Of a stretch of DNA of 64,000 bases, positions 59,204 through 64,000 are shown one piece after another (position 1 is the first letter of the stretch; each line of letters starts with the position of its first letter). The notes under the pieces were generated by a model. That model made no database searches. It was not told the origin of the DNA and saw nothing but the letters and a program-made list of their open reading frames with translations. The position numbers and the translations under genes were made by a program. The stretch is from Thermodesulfobacteriota bacterium. Lineage in GTDB: Bacteria > Desulfobacterota > Desulfobacteria > Desulfobacterales > C00003060. The stretch lies in contig JAXHVD010000019.1 in assembly GCA_034189385.1 (NCBI GenBank), positions 1-64,000 of the forward strand. The letters are read 5' to 3'.

Positions 59204-59897
59204 TCCACACATAAGCACCGGCTGCCCTCTGCAGGGCCCGGTGCCAGTGCTTTTTACCACAGATCCACTCCAACCCACAAAGGCTAATGCCTGACCGAAT
59301 TGGCCAGGCATTAGCTTCGCGCTCTTCCACAAAGTCCGTAGTATCTCTTATTCAAAAGGTTATTTGGCGGAAAGCTGCTGGCCAGGGCCATTCGCCCGCC
59401 AAAACCTCCCACAAGCTTCCCCTTTGGGCCATTTTTCCGCTTTTTTACCTCTTCTTGTCTCTTGATCAGTTTTCTCGGAACATATCAAAGGCTTGTAGGC
59501 TACTCTGGGCCTGCCAGACGCTATGGCTAATCAATTCTTGACGCCACCTTAATTAAATGGACATCGTCCTAACAGAATGCTAATAAAACGCCGCGTGGCC
59601 ATGAGGCCACGGGGTGTCTGGAAAAAACGGCGCTGCTTCGCAAGGTCGCCCCAAAAAGGCTTGTTCTGTCCAGTCTCTAACCTTCAAAGCGTTTCCGCTA
59701 TACGTGACAGTCGCCTACTACCTCCGCGTCACATACAGTCGCGTCACGGAATACGCTTTTGTAGTGCCGCCCATTCGTCAATGATGGAGACAGCGAGCCA
59801 CACCGGCCATGCCCCTCGTGAGGCCTTCATGATGAGGCCGTTCGATGTGCGAGTGATCGCTATCAGGTAAGGGCAACCATCTGAAAAAGGCCATTGT

Positions 59898-62135
59898 ATG
59901 GATCTCTATCTGTTGTCAATATTCGTACTGATCGGTCTTGCGATTTCCGACCTGATTGTCGGCGTTGTCAATGACGCCGTCAACTTCTTGAACTCTTCAA
60001 TAGGCTCCAAGGTAGCGCCACGCCATGTGATTATGATCATCGCAAGTCTGGGAATACTGGCAGGTGTGACCTTTTCCAGTGGAATGATGGAGGTGGCAAG
60101 AAAAGGGATATTCCATCCAAAGTTTTTCGTCATGCCGGAACTCATTACCATTTTTCTGGCCGTTATGCTTACGGACATCATCCTTCTCGATCTTTTTAAT
60201 ACTTATGGCCTGCCCACATCAACCACGGTATCCATCGTCTTCGAGCTCCTGGGCTCTGCCGTGGCCGTATCCTTGATTAAGATTTACACGGCGGGCCATA
60301 GCCTTGTTACACTGGTGAATTACATAAACACTGGGAAAGCCCTCGCCATTATTTCCGGAATTCTCCTGTCCATTGTGATTGCATTTTTTTCTGGAGTCAT
60401 TGTTCAGTTTATAGCTCGCGTTGCATTGACATTTGATTACAGAAAACGTCTTAAGCGTTTTGGGGGTATTTGGGGGGGCCTCTCCCTCGCAATCATAACC
60501 TATTTCATACTGATAAAGGGTGCCAAGGGGACATCATTTCTAACGCCCCAGTCCATTGCCTGGATCAGCACTCATGGGTTGATCATACTGTCACTTGGCT
60601 TTGGGGTTTTTGGTCTTATTTTTCAACTGTTGGCAATCTATACGAAGATCAACATCCTGAAACCGATTGTCTTGCTTGGAACCTTTTCCCTTGCAATGGC
60701 CTTTGCCGGCAATGATCTTGTAAATTTCATTGGTGTTCCCCTGGCCGGACTGAATGCCTATCATATCGCTTCAGCGTCTCATGAACCCCTGCGCGTGACC
60801 ATGGATGCCCTTCAAAAACCTATCCAGACGAATACATTGCTGCTGCTGATCGCCGGGGCAATCATGGTCGTCACCTTATGGGTGTCCAGGAAGTCCCGCA
60901 CAGTCACTCAAACAGAAATCAGTCTGGGCAGGCAGGAAGAAGGCCTGGAACGCTTTTCTTCTTCGGTACTTTCAAGAAGTATTGTACGTCTGTCTCATGC
61001 GGTCTTTTCCTTTTCAAATAGATTCATGCCCGTATCTTTGAGGAAGACAATCTCCCGCCGTTTGGACCCAGGTGCCTACAGTTGTGCACCTTCAATAGAC
61101 GGGAAAATGCCTTCTTTTGACCTGGTACGCGCTTCTGTAAACCTTATTGTTGCAAGTGCTGTCGTTTCCTTTGCAACATCATTGAAGCTTCCGCTTTCAA
61201 CAACGTACGTTACATTCATGGTGTCTATGGGAACATCGCTTTCGGACCAGGCGTGGGGAAGAGAAAGCGCTGTCTATAGAGTGACAGGGGTGCTTACGGT
61301 AATAGGTGGATGGTTTCTGACAGCACTTGTGGCGTTTTCAGTCTCCCTTGTTTTTGCATTTGCCATATATTACTTTAAACTCCTGGCCGTTTTAGGCTTA
61401 CTGGTGCTTTTGATTTCTGCTGTAGTCCACAGCTACCGTCTTCATTTCAGAAGGGAAAAAGAGAGCCGTGCGATCGAAGCCTTCAGCCTAAAGGACATCA
61501 GTGATTCCCACGCTGCAATCAACGCTTCTTTTGAGCAGACCGGGTGCTTTCTAAAGGAGATCAGCGATAGTCTGGGGCTGTCTTTTGAAGCCGCCTTTTC
61601 GGAGGACAGGCAAAGGCTGAGAGATACTACGACCTGGACAGATAGGATTCAGAAATGGGCTAACATTATTATCATAAATGTTTTTGAAACGCTTTTTCTT
61701 CTTCGTGATAATGCTGTGGACAGCACGCAGAAATACGCAAGAACCATAAGCTGCATACAGGGTATTGTGGCAAGCCACAGAGATATCATCAAGCGCTCTT
61801 ATGTGCATTTTGAAAACTGTCACGAAGGATTTAGTGATGTTCAGAAAGAAGAGCTAAGGCGGATCAAAACATATATTACCCGGCTGTTATGGAACACCTC
61901 CATCATGTTAAGGCAGAGGAAAAAAGTTGATTACGATTATGTTGCTAACCAACGTCGGAAATTGAACAACCTGGTTACTGAATTTGACAAGAACCAGATA
62001 AGACGGATACAACACGCTGAATCCAGGACCCGCTTGAACATTCTCTATTACGGATTGATGGAAAACTCCGTCAACATTGCCCAACACACACAGAATTTGC
62101 TTGATATCTTCAGGGAATCTTTCAGAGCGAAATAA
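59898..62135 (+). CDS. PiT/PHO4-family inorganic phosphate transporter, long form with a helical PhoU-like tail
   Basis: GVVNDAVNF, GLPTSTT, AGNDLVNFIG, LPLSTTYV. Confidence 0.92.
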   Translation: MDLYLLSIFVLIGLAISDLIVGVVNDAVNFLNSSIGSKVAPRHVIMIIASLGILAGVTFSSGMMEVARKGIFHPKFFVMPELITIFLAVMLTDIILLDLFNTYGLPTSTTVSIVFELLGSAVAVSLIKIYTAGHSLVTLVNYINTGKALAIISGILLSIVIAFFSGVIVQFIARVALTFDYRKRLKRFGGIWGGLSLAIITYFILIKGAKGTSFLTPQSIAWISTHGLIILSLGFGVFGLIFQLLAIYTKINILKPIVLLGTFSLAMAFAGNDLVNFIGVPLAGLNAYHIASASHEPLRVTMDALQKPIQTNTLLLLIAGAIMVVTLWVSRKSRTVTQTEISLGRQEEGLERFSSSVLSRSIVRLSHAVFSFSNRFMPVSLRKTISRRLDPGAYSCAPSIDGKMPSFDLVRASVNLIVASAVVSFATSLKLPLSTTYVTFMVSMGTSLSDQAWGRESAVYRVTGVLTVIGGWFLTALVAFSVSLVFAFAIYYFKLLAVLGLLVLLISAVVHSYRLHFRREKESRAIEAFSLKDISDSHAAINASFEQTGCFLKEISDSLGLSFEAAFSEDRQRLRDTTTWTDRIQKWANIIIINVFETLFLLRDNAVDSTQKYARTISCIQGIVASHRDIIKRSYVHFENCHEGFSDVQKEELRRIKTYITRLLWNTSIMLRQRKKVDYDYVANQRRKLNNLVTEFDKNQIRRIQHAESRTRLNILYYGLMENSVNIAQHTQNLLDIFRESFRAK

Positions 62136-62178
62136 CTATTTGAAATGAAGGGATTTTTCTCGGCACGAGGAGGGGGTA

Positions 62179-62874
62179 ATGCGTATTCCATTTCTTTCGG
62201 GGTTTTCCATCTCGCCATTTGACGGTCTCCAGGAACATGCAGAGAAGGTCAAAGAGTGTGGATGGGCATTTCAGCAGGCCATAGAGTGCCATGCCGCAGA
62301 GAAATGCAAGATGTTTGACGAATACCGTCAGGAAGTCACTAGGCTGGAGAATGAAGCTGATGCTGTAAAACGCAGGATCCGTGGGCACTTACCAATGGGA
62401 ACAAGGCTCCCCGTGAGTCGATTTCAGGTGTTCATGTACTTGAAGGAACAGGACAAGGTCCTGGATTCTGTTGAAGAGGCCCTTAATTGGCTCTCCTATC
62501 GACGTACCCCACGCATCGGGAATAACGAAATAAAGGAGTCGTTGTTCCGTCTTGTTGATGCTGTGCTTGAACCCATTGAAGAGCTAAGTAGATTGGTGGC
62601 TGAGGCGAAGAAGTACTTTGACAGTTACTCTGAGAAACAGCGCAACATTGTGAAAGATATTATTCGCAATCTTCGAAAGAGGGAGCATGAGGCGGACATG
62701 GTTGAAGACGAATTGAAATACAAGGTCTTCAGTATGGAAACAGACCCAGTAGCCATATTTCATCTCGTCAAGCTTGCTGAAATCATCGGTGCTGTTGCTG
62801 ATCATGCAGAAAATACGGGAGATGTGATGAGGGGTATGATTGCACGGAAAGAAAAGACCTTTTTTGGTAAATAG
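62179..62874 (+). CDS. DUF47/TIGR00153 PiT accessory protein
   Basis: SPFDGLQEH, LENEADAVKRRIR, EQDKVLD, EHEAD, VADHAEN. Confidence 0.93.
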   Translation: MRIPFLSGFSISPFDGLQEHAEKVKECGWAFQQAIECHAAEKCKMFDEYRQEVTRLENEADAVKRRIRGHLPMGTRLPVSRFQVFMYLKEQDKVLDSVEEALNWLSYRRTPRIGNNEIKESLFRLVDAVLEPIEELSRLVAEAKKYFDSYSEKQRNIVKDIIRNLRKREHEADMVEDELKYKVFSMETDPVAIFHLVKLAEIIGAVADHAENTGDVMRGMIARKEKTFFGK

Positions 62875-63048
62875 ACAAGGGGGCTTTTTACGCCAGAAAA
62901 TACCCTGTCCTTCGCGCCAATATCAAAGTCCTCTTGAAGGCCTGTGCCCCTGTATTTGCACTGCAGTGTAAGATCAAGGCCCTTACGAAGGCCCTACCAG
63001 GAAGTGGGCACGGGCCCCCATCCAAGGACGTCTGTCAGATGACAGAAC

Positions 63049-63972
63049 CTAGGTAATGCCATGAATGAGGATAAAAGACAGAAGGCCCGTCGAAACTGGC
63101 GTCAAAACCCAACCTATCCCTATCTTGGTAAGCATGCGCCCGCTAACGGTGCGCACCCCCCCCACGAGACCTACCCCTACCACTGCCCCTACCACTGCCT
63201 GAGAAGAGGAGACCGGGACTCCGATTTGGGTGAAAACATGGAGGGTGCATCCAGTAGCCAGGACACAGATGAGGGCAGAAAAGGGATCCAGGGGGGCAAT
63301 TCCCTTGCCCACAGTCATCATGACCTTTTGGCTATAAGTCAGCACCCCGCTGGCAATGCTCAAGCCTCCAATGAGTGAAGCTGTCCCAGTCGATAAGATC
63401 CCTGCCCCTACGTAAACGCCAGTGACGTTGGCCACGTTATTACAGCCCAAGGCATAGGCGGCGTAGGCGCCTGTGGTGATGATCCCAAATGCATAGAGCA
63501 TATTCCTGTATGTCATACTCTTGATTGTCAAGGCTAGGGTGTAATCCAAGAGGCGATGAAGGAAATAGGCGACGACGATCCCCATGACTGGCGTCAAGAT
63601 CCAACACAGGACAATCCCCAATAGCTTAGAAAAATCGGGAGAACCCCCAAGAACGCTGGCACCAACGATAGCACCAATAATTCCCTGGGAAGCCGAAGCA
63701 GGAATGGCAAGGTAGGTAAGGACAATCATGATAACGGCTGTGGCCAAGGTGCAACAGAATGCGTGCATGGGTGAAAGGCGAGATACTTCGTTCAACGTGG
63801 TCATGCATTTTGGACCCTCAAGGAGAGAGCCCAGCAGAACGAAGGCTGCAGTCAACAAGATGGCTGTTCTATATTGTATCGTTCCTGTGGCAACCCCCGT
63901 GCCGAAGATGTTGGCAGAGTCATTTGCACCCAGGCTCCAGCCCATGGAAACACCGCTGATTATCTTCCACAT
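63049..63972 (-). CDS. PiT-family anion permease (short form)
   Basis: GANDSANIFG, PASASQ, GCNNVANVTG, GVPVSSSQAVVG. Confidence 0.92.
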   Translation of the reverse strand: MWKIISGVSMGWSLGANDSANIFGTGVATGTIQYRTAILLTAAFVLLGSLLEGPKCMTTLNEVSRLSPMHAFCCTLATAVIMIVLTYLAIPASASQGIIGAIVGASVLGGSPDFSKLLGIVLCWILTPVMGIVVAYFLHRLLDYTLALTIKSMTYRNMLYAFGIITTGAYAAYALGCNNVANVTGVYVGAGILSTGTASLIGGLSIASGVLTYSQKVMMTVGKGIAPLDPFSALICVLATGCTLHVFTQIGVPVSSSQAVVGAVVGVGLVGGVRTVSGRMLTKIGIGWVLTPVSTGLLSFILIHGIT

Positions 63973-64000
63973 TATCTACATCTGTGCCCCAACTACACCT

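Noticed and set aside
58558..59208. 216-aa minus-strand ORF
   Set aside because: It is the antisense shadow of the plus-strand frame, which has the RBS and signal peptide; no recognisable features
59725..59747. Pho box upstream of the PiT gene
   Set aside because: The GTCAC repeats are 15 bp apart, not the 11 bp expected for PhoB
1..64000. Most short ORFs in the six-frame track (e.g. 127-645, 11738-12364, 35747-36448, 54748-55548)
   Set aside because: They are antisense or alternate-frame shadows of well-supported genes, with no motifs of their own

Overview
A chromosomal window from an anaerobic deltaproteobacterium, probably Desulfobacterales-like. This is inferred from the F0-only atpZ-I-B-E block followed by rex, a HesB-like selenoprotein, a DVU0772-like protein and a divergent second dnaA. 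In order, it holds: a split MacAB-TolC efflux operon with two small periplasmic proteins, divergent from a CpxRA-like pair; an AT-richer block with a periplasmic binding protein, a hybrid kinase, a broken higA and a large secreted PKD protein; yihY, hemL, atpZIBE, rex and uvrA; a cluster of small mobile repeats (MITEs), one inside a DUF4388-like relic; a membrane GAF kinase, pdxA, a dnaA paralogue, glcD, DUF389, hsp20, an MFS transporter, a PilZ protein, the HesB selenoprotein and DUF748; a Cys-rich signalling cluster; a second TolC-MacA-MacB; and a PiT/DUF47 phosphate transport locus. I found no rRNA, tRNA, CRISPR array or transposase. Three observations stand out. (1) An unannotated secreted-protein gene (58652-59203) has an in-frame UGA straight after its signal peptide (L-S-A-U, lipobox-like) and a SECIS-like hairpin: a candidate new selenoprotein, or a decaying gene. 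(2) A His-containing tandem HAMP-like module is shared at about 62% identity by two otherwise different kinases about 40 kb apart. (3) The DnaA paralogue has an altered DNA-recognition helix. All calls are by eye; no database searches were run.
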